Positions 52,215 through 63,927 are shown, numbered from the stretch's first letter. The stretch: 64,000 nt of DNA from Octopus sinensis (GCF_006345805.1 NC_043001.1:5270001-5334000), one strand, 5' to 3'. Notes: generated by a model from the sequence alone, not told the origin. Translations and numbers: made by a program.

Positions 52215-53508
52215 CGAGGGGCGTTCAATAAGTAATGCCCCTGACCAACTTCCCATTGCAGTAGAGCAACGAAACTTGGCACAGTTATTAGTCTTTTTCT
52301 ACATAGAAACCACCCAGAGTTACGCATTTCTCCCATTGTTTGATGCAGCTCTGGAGACCATTTGTGTAGAAGACCCCAGCTTGGTCCTCCAACCACGACG
52401 TGACTTCAGAAATCACGGTTGTATCATCTGGGAAATGCTTTCCTTTCAAAAATAACTCCATGACTGGGAAGAGGTGAAAATCAGAGGGTGCAAGGTCAGG
52501 AGAGTAGGGGCATAGGGGAGGAGTTCATAGCCGCACGCCTGTGCTTCTGATCTGGCGACACACGAGTTGTGGACCGGAGCGTTGTCCTGCAGGGCGGGGG
52601 GATGCCTTTGCTGATCTTGCCCCGCTTCTTGATTTTGATAGCTTCTCTTAATTTCCTCAAAAGTGAAGCATAATAGGTTCCTGTAATTGTGGTACTCTTT
52701 GCCAGGAATTCTGTCATCACTACTCCGTCCTGGTCCTGGAAGACTATGAGCATGACCTTGCCAGCGGAGGGCTGCACCCTTGCCTCCTTTGGAGGAGGTG
52801 AGTCACGGTGCTTCCACTGCATTGACTGGGCTTTGGTCTCTGGGTCATAGTGATGGACCCAGGTTTCATCCTGTGTAATCAGTCTTTTGAAAACTTTTGA
52901 CTCATCTACTTGGCACATCTCCAAATTCATCCTCGAGCACTCGACGCGTTCTTGCTTCAGGAAAGGTATGAGCAACCTGGCAATCCATCTGGCAGATACC
53001 TTTTGCATATGCAAATGGTCATGAATGATAGTTTCCAAAGACCCGGTACTAATCTTGACCTCATGGGCTACTTGGGGAATAATTATGCATCGATCTTCCC
53101 AAATGGCAGCCTCAAATTGACGTACAGATGCCTCATCAATGGCAGAAGTGGGGCGACCAGATCTGGGAGCTGCTTCCACAGAGTTCCGACTATGTTTGAA
53201 TTCACAATGCCAGCGTTTTACAAGGTCATATGATGGGGCATCATCACCATAAGTTACTTTCATTTCATCAAAAGTCTCCCGTGGTGTGCATCCTTTCAAA
53301 TACAAAAACCGGATCACTGCTCGACACTCAACTGGCTCCATTTCACACTTGACTCAGTTAAAAAACCTGTAAATCAGAAACCACAATTAGCTCAGAGCTG
53401 TAATTTGCCACGTAATCTATAGAGATAGAAATAATTGCACATGCAAAATTTCAGCTAGTACAAACAAGTGCAAGTGGGTCAGGGGCATTACATATTGAAC
53501 TCCCCTCG
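52215..53508 (-). mobile_element. Full-length mariner transposon (irritans-like), 1294 bp, TA TSD
   Basis: TIRs cgaggggcgttcaataagtaatgcccctgacc and ggtcaggggcattacatattgaactcccctcg, each flanked by TA. Confidence 0.93.
52288..53341 (-). pseudogene. mariner DD34D transposase, frameshifted near the second catalytic D
   Basis: MEPVECRAVIRFLYLKG, RSGRP, VSARWIARLL, TQDETWVHHYDPETK, AGKVML, PYSPDLAPSDFHLFP, WEKCVTLGGFYVEKD*. Confidence 0.9.
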
Positions 53509-54145
53509 TAATATATATATTACATAGAAAACTGAGAGAATAAAAATTTGTATTCTTAAGATTAAAAACCTGGAAAAGTACAGGACAGGTTTTTACACCT
53601 GGAAAACTACAAGACAAGCTATTACTTCTAGTAAAGAATGAGAAACATTTTACTTACATATAGCAGCAAAAAATGTCAGTTCTTCAAATTTATCACTCCT
53701 TACAGTTCTCACCTTTTAAATATATTTTACAAACCTGTTCAGGTAATTTGTACGTTTGTCCAATTAGTCGCTTTTTTCTACATTTAAGGTAGTAAATTAG
53801 CCAAATTCTACTTAAATAAGTACAGTGCTATTTGTAAACTATACCAGAATATTTTTCATATTCAAATTTTAATTTTAGCTGCAATATTTTACGTAAAAAT
53901 ATATTTATTCTTTACTTTACTGGAAGTAATATGTCGTCCTATAGTTTTCCAGTTGTAATAACTTGTCCTATGAAAAGTCCCTTTTAATTTTATTTTAAAA
54001 AACTGGAATAAGTTTTATTTAAAATTTTTTTTAAAATTATGTTAAGTTCAGATGAATAGGTGCCTTACTGCACACCTTTCGACCCCAAATATTTTGAAGT
54101 AACTTTTTTTCTACTGAACCAAACTGTTTATGCCACAGTTATTGA

Positions 54146-54204
54146 CCTTGGTGTTAGTGCTTCTACATTCTATTGAACCACGATAAATAATATATATCTA
54201 TACA

Positions 54205-54266
<62 letters not shown>

Positions 54267-54493
54267 TGTTTGTGTGTGTGTGTGTGTATGTGTGTAAATA
54301 TATCTGTATGTGAACCTGTGTATGCATAAAATATTGGAAAATATCTAGCGCAGAAACGTGCAGATATAATGGAATCCATTATAATGGAATCCATTATAGC
54401 TGAGTGTAGGTGTCCTCTGAGTGTAGCTGAAGAAGTGTCCTCTAAAACTGTTAATAGTTTGCAATTTACACACACACAACACACACAGACACA

Positions 54494-54564
<71 letters not shown>

Positions 54565-54967
54565 CATTGAGACATACCGCCTTGGTAGGCAAGGTAGGTG
54601 GTGCCTCGCTTCAATATAATAGATCGATAGCAACATTTTCTTTTTCTGGCAAAATATGCACCTAATTCATTAAATGTATGAATGACACTGATTACTATCC
54701 ATAAAATACAAATCATTGTATTTCTTTGCAGATAAGTTAGGCATAATCAGCCTCCGGTTTCCATCCTCGACATTTAAAGTGCACGTAGTAATACTGTAGT
54801 AAACTGGCTGTGTACGCTCCTACAACAACGTATTATTTACGAGCTATAAAGGCAGTAGCTTTCAACTCTCTCGGACGCCCATTTCTCTTATTTTGTGTTT
54901 GTTTTACTTCATAAAGGTCATTAACTGTTTATCCTGAGTAATTACTGACAGCCCATGTCTCGTATAT

Positions 54968-55041
<74 letters not shown>

Positions 55042-55053
55042 TATATATATATA

Positions 55054-55104
<51 letters not shown>

Positions 55105-55148
55105 ATACATATATATATACATATACATATATATATATATATATATAT

Positions 55149-55222
<74 letters not shown>

Positions 55223-56255
55223 TTCTTTTATTCTTTTACTGATTTCCGTCATTTGAATACGGGTATGCAGGAGCACCGCCTTAAAAATATTTTAGTCGAA
55301 GAAATCGACCTCAGGACGTAAGTTTTTGTAAGCCTAATACTTATTATATAGGTTACTTTAGGCACGCATCAGATACTATGCACGCCGCAAACACATACGC
55401 ACACACATATGAGGCATTTCTCTCAGTTTCCGTCTACCAAATCCACTAACAATGATATGATCGGCACGAGGCCATAATAGAAAATACTTACCCAGGATGC
55501 CACGCAGTGGGACGGAACCCGGAATAGCGTGGTTGGGAAGTAAACATCTTTCGACACATCGACGCGTATATATATATATATATATAAAGAAAGAAAGAGA
55601 GAGAGAAAGGCAGAACAAAAATGCCGTTTAGGATATACGATATATCTTTAAGTAGAAACTCTTTGATGCATTTATAGTTAACATCATAACGTATAGTTCA
55701 CCAATTGATTAGGTACGTACGATTTCAAACATCGACCATAGAGAACCCTACTCGGTTGCAGAGCCATTTATCCAAACACGTAGTGCTGACTCCTTACACT
55801 TTTCAAAAGATGGGTGATTAAATTATATGATGTAATCAAAGAACGCATAAATTAAATTCTACCGAAACAGCTGTCACAAATTCTAAACGCCATTTGTGTT
55901 CCCTTTTTATATATACGACACGTGTGGAACATTTGCCGGATCCTGTACTTACATGTCCGCGGTCATTTACCAAAATTTGGTAACGACAAAGCTCTTTACC
56001 TATCTGTGGAACATGATTAAGTACCTAGCCATTTCAGGCGTCCTTGGTGTTAGTGCTTCTAAATTCTATTGAACCACGATAAATAATATATATCTATACG
56101 TTTGTGTGTGTGTGTGTTTGTGTATGTGTGTGTGCGTGTGTGTGTGTGTATGTGTGTGTCTGTGTATGTGTGTAGATGTGTGTAAATATATCTATATTTG
56201 AACCTGTGTATGCATAAAATATTGGAAAATATCTATCGCAGAAACGTGCAGATAT
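54146..56255. repeat. ~215-bp direct repeat pair (54146-54367 and 56042-56255)
   Basis: Both read ccttggtgttagtgcttcta.attctattgaaccacgataaataat...(TG)n...gaacctgtgtatgcataaaatattggaaaatatcta.cgcagaaacgtgcagatat. Confidence 0.9.
55222..55560 (-). mobile_element. Degenerate SINE family A
   Basis: ggagcaccgcc, tttagtcga.gaaatcgacc, cagtttccgtctaccaaatccact, gccacgcagtgggac.gaacccgga. Confidence 0.8.
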
Positions 56256-56914
56256 GTTTCTTTTTTCATGGAAAAGACTGAATTTATCGGGAAGTCAATA
56301 AGTTCGAAGCAAAATTATTGCCATCGACAAAAGTTTATCTGGTACAATACAAGTTTGTACTTGCGGTCATTGACGCGTTTTTTTTTTTTTTCTCTGTTCC
56401 GTGTCTTTATTGTCAATTTATAGTCGCTATGTTATGAAAGGTTTTTAAAAATAGTATCTCCTCATTTATAAAGTTGTTTATTACTTGTTACATTGTTTAT
56501 TATTCCTGGCGAGGATATTAATTTCCATTGCGTGAGATATAACTTCTATGCTTTAAAGAAAAATAATTACGTGTTAATTCCGCATCTTCATAACAGAATA
56601 ATCATATGCATATACAAACAAAAAACTAAAATAAACCATATGTGTCTGTGTGAATATATACTTGGCCTTGTGTAGGGAATACGTTAAAATCTTATGGATT
56701 GTAAGTATACAAATGCATGCATGTTTGTGTGTGTATGCTTGTGTGCGTGTGTGTGAATGAGTTTCTGGGAGCGTACGTGGACGATTATCAATGAATATGC
56801 CACGCATATTCGTAACTGCTTAAGATTATAAATATAGAAATGTACAAGTGTGTGTGAATACATATGTACACACACACACACATATATATATATGTATGTA
56901 TGTGTGTATATATA

Positions 56915-56952
<38 letters not shown>

Positions 56953-57192
56953 ATGATTGTTGCACACGGTAGCAAACATAAAGGCAAGGCAAACATCTCA
57001 TTTCAAAATACAATATTATTATAGGAAAGAATGCAAAACCGTACAGCTGTTACTGGGGATGATGGTATATATTAATGAGACGACATAGAGGAAGGGAGGA
57101 AAAGAATAAGGAGATGGAAAAAGAGAAGAAAAAGTAGCATAAAAGTTGATCAAATTTCCGAAAGTTAAAGTATGAACTTTTATCCCTATTAT

Positions 57193-57227
<35 letters not shown>

Positions 57228-57384
57228 TTGTTATCGCCATCTAATATGGCATTCTTATAAAAATAAGAAAAAAGCTGACGCTTATTAGCTCCATGAGGCC
57301 ATCGCCTTAAGTTAGCTATTTGATACACAAACTGTATCCATATAACCTTTGAACAAGGGGGTCAGTCGCTCCACACTACTTGGC

Positions 57385-57427
57385 TACGCTGCTGAAAAGG
57401 GGCAATACCCCGAAACGCGTCTGTAGC
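57385..57427 (+). ncRNA. Minimal type I hammerhead, copy 1 (2-nt deletion at the helix I/core junction)
   Basis: gctg CTGAAAA gggg caata cccc GAAA cgcg TC tgtagc. Confidence 0.6.
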
Positions 57428-57745
57428 TGCCGGCCAAGTAGTGTGGAGCGACTGACTCCTTGTTCAAAGGTTATATGGATACAGTTTGTGTATCAAATAG
57501 CTAACTTAAGGCGATGGCCTCATGGAGCTAATAAGCGGTCAGCTTTTTTCTTATTTTTATAAGAATGCCATATTAGTATGGCGATAACAAATATTTTCCG
57601 GGAACGCTGCCGTTGTTCTCTTTTAGAGAGACTTAGTAATTTTAATATTTCTATTATTGAAAACAAGTGGATGTATTCCACCGAAGCTAGGTAAATAAAA
57701 CCTTTGAACAGAGATGTCGGAAGCGACACCTACTGGTTTGGCTAC

Positions 57746-57787
57746 GCTGCATTGAAAAGGGGCAATACCCCGAAACGCGTCTGTAGC
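57746..57787 (+). ncRNA. Minimal type I hammerhead, U3-A8 variant, copy 2
   Basis: gctgca TTGAAAA gggg caata cccc GAAA cgcg TC tgtagc; helix I 6 bp (one G-U), helix II 4 G-C pairs, palindromic helix III. Confidence 0.82.
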
Positions 57788-58105
57788 TGCCGGCCAAGTA
57801 GTGTGGAGCGACTGACCTCCCTTGTTCAAAGGTTATATGGATACAGTTTGTGTATCAAATAGCTAACTTAAGGCGATGGCCTCATGGAGCTAATAAGCGG
57901 TCAGCTTTTTTCTTATTTTTATAAGAATGCCATATTAGTATGGCGATAACAATATTTTCCGGGAACGCTGCCGTTGTTCTCTTTTAGAGAGACTTAGTAA
58001 TTTTAATATTTCTATTATTGAAAACAAGTGATGTATTCCACCGAAGCTAGGTAAATAAAACCTTTGACAGAGATTGTCGGAAGCGACACCTACTGGTTTG
58101 GCTAC

Positions 58106-58147
58106 GCTGCATTGAAAAGGGGCAATACCCCGAAACGCGTCTGTAGC
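58106..58147 (+). ncRNA. Minimal type I hammerhead, U3-A8 variant, copy 3
   Basis: Identical to copy 2. Confidence 0.82.
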
Positions 58148-58466
58148 TGCCGGCCAAGTAGTGTGGAGCGACTGACCTCCCTTGTTCAAAGGTTATATGG
58201 ATACAGTTTGTGTATCAAATAGCTAACTTAAGGCGATGGCCTCATGGAGCTATAAGCGGTCAGCTTTTTTCTTATTTTTATAAGAATGCCATATTAGTAT
58301 GGCGATAACAAATATTTTCCGGGAACGCTGCCGTTGTTCTCTTTTAGAGAGACTTAGTAATTTTAATATTTCTATTATTGAAAACAAGTGGATGTATTCC
58401 ACCGAAGCTAGGTAAATAAAACCTTTGAACGAGATTGTCGGAAGCGACACCTACTGGTTTGGCTAC

Positions 58467-58508
58467 GCTGCATTGAAAAGGGGCAATACCCCGAAACGCG
58501 TCTGTAGC
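58467..58508 (+). ncRNA. Minimal type I hammerhead, U3-A8 variant, copy 4
   Basis: Identical to copy 2. Confidence 0.82.
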
Positions 58509-58739
58509 TGCGGCCAAGTAGTGTGGAGCGACTGACCTCCCTTGTTCAAAGGTTATATGGATACAGTTTGTGTATCAAATAGCTAACTTAAGGCGATGGC
58601 CTCATGGAGCTAATAAGTCGGTCAGCTTTTTTCTTATTTTTATAAGAATGCCATATTAGTATGGCGATAACAATATTTTCCGGGAACGCTGCCGTTGTTC
58701 TCTTTTAGAGAGACTTAGTAATTTTAATATTTCTATTAT

Positions 58740-58788
58740 ATATATATATATATTATATATATAATATATATATAATATATATATATAT

Positions 58789-58867
<79 letters not shown>

Positions 58868-59053
58868 TTTAGGATAAATTATTTTTCGGGAACAACATTT
58901 CATCAATGGCCAGCATATCCAAAATTACCTTTAAAGGTTAAATTTAAAATAAATTACTATATAAGGGCAAAAGAAAAATTCTAATGTCTTTTTTGTCTTT
59001 TTTTCGGCATATTTGGCATTAGAATTTTCTTTTGCCCTTCTATTGTATATTAT

Positions 59054-59093
<40 letters not shown>

Positions 59094-59102
59094 TTATACA
59101 TA

Positions 59103-59145
<43 letters not shown>

Positions 59146-59154
59146 TTATACATA

Positions 59155-59207
<53 letters not shown>

Positions 59208-59236
59208 ATATATATATATATATATACTTATACATA

Positions 59237-59299
<63 letters not shown>

Positions 59300-59336
59300 C
59301 ATATACATACATATATATATACATATATATGTAATA

Positions 59337-59401
<65 letters not shown>
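58740..59401. repeat. (TA)n tracts flanking a short segment with a 24-bp inverted repeat
   Basis: (TA)n at 58740-58862 and 59045-59401; aagggcaaaagaaaaattctaatg / cattagaattttcttttgccctt. Confidence 0.85.
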
Positions 59402-59405
<4 letters not shown>

Positions 59406-59868
59406 AACCTAAATGGTGAATATCGCATTGAGCACGAGGTAGGATTGGAAATACAAAGTTCCTGATAAAATCCTTCTTCCCAGAAAAGTTGAAATCAAAG
59501 AAATCGGAAAAGGAAATGTTCGAAGAGGGAAATATTTTGTGAACCCTTTCCCTTCTGTAGGTCAGTTTTTTAAATATATAGTTGCTAGAAAAGTCCTTCT
59601 GGTAGTGGAGAGGTAATAACTGAACGTTGCATGTTGCAATTAAATCAAACCAAGTTCTCTGTTTACTCTATATTAAATACAATGTATTTTGAAATAACAA
59701 CATGAAATTCAATATCAGGTATATAAATACAAATTTTAAATGTTATTACCAAAGCCGACCTGCATAAATCTAGTTCAGGAAATTTTAATCTATTGTCAAA
59801 AATACTTTCTCATTTATTTTTCTAATTTTAAAACAACATTCGATACTTTTTAAACATTTTATCTTCTT

Positions 59869-59960
59869 CATCTCTGACGAGCGGAAGTATTTTGTATCAA
59901 TGTGTATCCACAATAGATTCCATTATAATGACAATACTTTCGTGAAACGATCGTAAGATG
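59869..59960 (+). ncRNA. Type I hammerhead ribozyme, canonical core, palindromic helix III (CGATCG)
   Basis: catct CTGACGA gcggaagtatt...aatactttcgt GAAA cgatcg TA agatg; predicted cleavage after A59955. Confidence 0.8.
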
Positions 59961-60577
59961 CATTAATTAACACATTTTTAAGCTGCCATGTTTCATATGT
60001 TTATATATATTTTTAATACAATACTATTTTAGACATCTTCGTGAGAAATTTTGTTTGATATTAAATTTCAAGCTATTATTTCAAAGTACAGTATAGATAA
60101 TTGCTCGTATTAATGTCTAAATACTTTATAGTATTAATATGTTTGACATTTTATACAAAGAGCACTCATTATAAATTCAGTGTATAATATTCGAACAGAA
60201 TACATTCAATTAATGATACTCTGGATAAGATTGTAAATGAATCTTCCTACATATGATGTGTGTGTATGTGTGCGCATGAGTCTGGTCAAACTGATATTTA
60301 GACTTCCCACGAGAATCCAATACGATTCGAAAATCGAGTAAAACCTGCGAAATTTCAAAAAGAAATCTGTTCATACAGCATCCAGTACGACTCATGTGAA
60401 AATACTAAGATTGTACAAAACTGATTTTGCATTTAAAATCAACTACGGAAATAATTTTGTCAGGATGGTATATTATTATCCCAATACAATTATTATCCCA
60501 ATACAAAGGATTGAGGATATGAGCGGAGAAGAAGAAAAATTAAAGACCTAATATGCCATCGTTTATTCTATAACAAA

Positions 60578-60960
60578 CTAGCAGTATCGCCCGGCGTTGC
60601 TCGGGTTTGTAAGGGGAATAACTATAAAGCATTTTTAGAGAGTTATAGCCAAAAAAATAGCAAAAAATGGGAAACAAATTATGGTAAGTTTCTTTTTGAT
60701 AGTTAAAAAGGTCGAGTTGCGTCCCCTAGACCATCTGTATTTTGTGTTTCTGATTGTCGACCCCATGTCGAATTTATCGATCTTTTTCAGAACTTGGGGA
60801 ACTTCAAAATTTTCGCTGCGTTAGTTTTGAATTATGACATTGGGCTATGTGTGTGTCAAGTTTCATCAGAATCTGTTGAAAGCCGTGGTCAGAGTGAGGG
60901 TACAACCAAACAGACATACAGAAACACACACAGACAAACTGCCGTTAATATAGAGAGAGA
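60578..60960 (-). mobile_element. Non-autonomous Helitron-like element
   Basis: Minus: A|TCtctctctatattaacggcag ... cccgagcaacgccgggcgatactgCTAG|T; 3' ~90 bp shared with 2239-2634. Confidence 0.78.
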
Positions 60961-63112
60961 TAACAAAATTGATATTAAAACAATGCGTAATCACACATAA
61001 AATGTATACTTCTAGCGTCTCTCATTTTATGAGACAGCATTCACAATCTTTATGAAACAATTATTCAAGAGCTCTCTTCTCGTGCAAATGTGTTTTAGTA
61101 ATCTGCTAAATTACTTAGCATTCATTGTTGGCCATTTCCTAGAATTTATCCAGCATATTCCAATAGCATTCTTGAAACCTCATCAATTGTCAATTACGCA
61201 AATTCATTCTGTCCAAATCCAAAACTTTAAAATCTCATCAACCTGATGTCATTCAGGCAGAAGTTCTTCAACCACCGTGAAAATAATGTCTGTAGTTTGC
61301 ATTGCCTTGTTTTATTGGACTAAGATATCTTCCTTCGTGATTGCAGAAATGGGACTCTAAATTAATTCTTCTCAGAAAATGAGGTAAGGACTCATGCTGT
61401 GGTTCTCGAAACATTTCTATCCTGAGAGTTTTATAATGAATTTTCATCTCCATTGTGTTTGATAGACTGATTCCCCATTTTGTTATATTACTCTTTCGGT
61501 CAGGGTCGAAGATTCTTTCACATATGAAGCAGATTAAATAAAGTCCAATATTTCGTTGAAAAAGTACAATTCCATCCAGTAAGCAGAGAGGTGTTATTTC
61601 TCACCATATTTTTTCACTTCATTAAGGCATTTGATTAATGCTTACAAGTAGTAAAATAGTGATTTGAACACCATGTTACAAATATCAGTTTCAAATTATG
61701 GCTCAAAGCCAGCAATTTAGAGGTGAGGGTGCAAGTCGATCACAGTGCGCAGCTGGCATATATTTTATCGATACCGTAAGGATCAAAGGCGAAGTCGAAT
61801 TAGAAATAAATTGACCTCAGAACGATATACCACTAAACGTTTTTCCTGACATCTTGCCGCAATTTCCTCATACAGGTAATACTATTAAGATGTTTTATGG
61901 AAGTGGTGGAAAATAATGGAACGAAACGCTTCCCATGTGTCATATACAAACGCTTTCAAATATTCTTCGTATGGTATTTGAACCACAAACCCCGACCATT
62001 CTATTCTATTCAAACTCAGACAGAATCCAACTGAATGCCTGATCTTTTGTTACAGCTCAGAAATGCCAAGTATATTCCTCACAGAATCACTGGATTCATT
62101 TGAATCATTTTCAATCTCCTGTGAATAACATTTTCATGAGGGAACCGATGGAGTCTCACCTTGGAAGGTCAAATATGGACGCTCAAGGAATGGTATAAGT
62201 TAATACACCTAAAAAAATAATTCGTCATTCAATTATTACAATCACTTTTAACACATACACACAGAAGCGCACACACACACGCACGTACGCACACATACAT
62301 ACATAAATACATACAAACATACATACATGCAAACATAAGTACAATTATGTATGTGTGTGAGCGTGTGTCTATGAGCGCGTGCGCATAAGTGCGTTTTTAT
62401 TCCCGAAACTTCCTCATGTAAGTGCCTTATAATTAATACTTTTTACTCTCACTGTCCGGTAAGACACGTGTCATGAGGAACCCGTATCTTTCAGCCGAGT
62501 AACGGGTAGAAGTAGATTTACAGACAGAAATGTCTTTGGAAATAGGACTAGCATAGACCGCGAGGAAGATGCCATAACGCTTTTGCGTTGAGGCAAACAG
62601 ACTATTTCAACACCACATTTTCTGGCTTCTTCGAACTACGATCGTAAATCCACTGCTAAGTTTGTTGATCAACACGAAATTATTTCTCTTATACGTATTT
62701 TCATTACTTCAGAACTAATTAAAAGATTGCCAATATTTGTAAAATACTTAATATTATTGTTAATTTTATTACTTTTCGTGTAATTTTAAAGTTTTTATTT
62801 TATATATTTCGTGTTTTGTTTGTCTTTCAAATTGAGTTAAACTTTCAGCTTGTATGACGAAATATGTACCAAAAGAAATTTTGATAAGAAATGTTGGTTT
62901 CATATTTTGGGGAATGGGGCAAATCGATTATATCGACTGAAATACATCGGTCCCGAAGAGATGAAAGGCAAAGACGTCCCCGCGAAGCATGTTTTGTTTT
63001 TCCAGTGCAATAATGATTATGCTAGCTCATATATATGTCCCCAATGTTTGTATTGTCCACTCTGTCTAGCCCTTTATAGGTAATAAAGAAACGATGTGTT
63101 GTGTGTAAAAAA

Positions 63113-63179
63113 CATCCTGACGAGGGGTATGTCAATTTTAAATATATGTTTCATATTAATTGGTGCATCTCCGTAGATG
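63113..63179 (+). ncRNA. Decayed hammerhead (GAAA/helix III deleted)
   Basis: catc CTGACGA ggggtatgtcaatt...aattggtgcatctcc gTA gatg; helices I and II remain. Confidence 0.4.
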
Positions 63180-63307
63180 AACTTTTATATATTTTTGTAA
63201 ATTTGTATATTTATCTTCTATGTATTTTTCTCTGGAATTTTAATTCATCTTTTTAATGTCATTGTATGTTTTATTACTCCAAAGTTTTAATTTAACAAAT
63301 TTATCCC

Positions 63308-63352
63308 ATACTAGCACTATGACTCGGCAACGCCGGGTCATAATGCTAGTAT
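63308..63352. repeat. Stand-alone 45-bp palindrome resembling a Helitron 3' terminus
   Basis: atactagcactatgactcggc aac gccgggtcataatgctagtat. Confidence 0.8.
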
Positions 63353-63635
63353 ATTCTAAAATTATCTTCAGCCGGGTTTATTTAGTGCACAGTCGATGCG
63401 TGCTCCACAGCACAAAAAATTTAATGAATTTAAAACTCTCTTCCCGAGGAATATTAAAGGTTGTTCTCATTCTCGTGTATACACACGTGGATACACGCAC
63501 ATAATGCATATATAGGTACATACATACCAGCGAGAACCCAATGAGTTTCGAAAATAGATTAAGGTTGTTCGTCATTTTTACAGTCGGCGGAGAAATGGGT
63601 TTAATTTGCCGTTTATAATTATACCATATGTTACT

Positions 63636-63702
<67 letters not shown>

Positions 63703-63703
<1 letters not shown>

Positions 63704-63927
63704 TCTTTACTACCCACAAGGGGCTAAACACAAACGGGACAAACAAGGACAGACAAATGGATTAAGTCGATTATATCGACCCCAGTGTGTAACTGGTACT
63801 TAATTTATCGACCCCGAAAGGATGAAAGGCAAAGTCGACCTCGGCGGAATTTGAACTCGGAACGTGACGACAGACGAAATACAGCTACGCATTTCGCCCA
63901 GCGTGCTAACGTTTCTGCCAGCTCGCC
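63703..63927 (-). mobile_element. tRNA-derived SINE family B
   Basis: Minus: ggcgagctggcagaaacgttagc, gagttcaaattcc (B box), gaggtcgactttgcctttcatcctttcggggtcgataaa. Decayed copies at 25505-25615, 61690-61860 and 62900-62990. Confidence 0.85.

Larger units (their letters stand above)
57224..58739 (+). mobile_element. Retrozyme-like element: 360-bp tandem array (about 3.8 units) with one hammerhead per unit and an inverted 5' arm, embedded in (TA)n
   Basis: Near-identical units; predicted cleavage sites at 57421, 57781, 58141 and 58502; 57224-57384 is the reverse complement of 57433-57594; no meaningful ORF. Confidence 0.85.

Noticed and set aside
57652-57698. Second hammerhead-like motif in each unit (TTGAAAA caa gtgga/tccac c GAAG ctag gt)
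   Set aside because: Extra nucleotides before helix II, GAAG instead of GAAA and no valid 15.1-16.1 pair; at best vestigial.
57790-57912. Possible Pol III A/B boxes in the array unit
   Set aside because: Matches are partial and wrongly spaced, and a T6 run in each unit would stop Pol III before a multimer is made.
57385-58739. CRISPR array or protein-coding repeat interpretation of the 360-bp array
   Set aside because: Units are identical throughout with no unique spacers, there are no cas genes, the context is eukaryotic, and the short ORFs are broken by indels between units.
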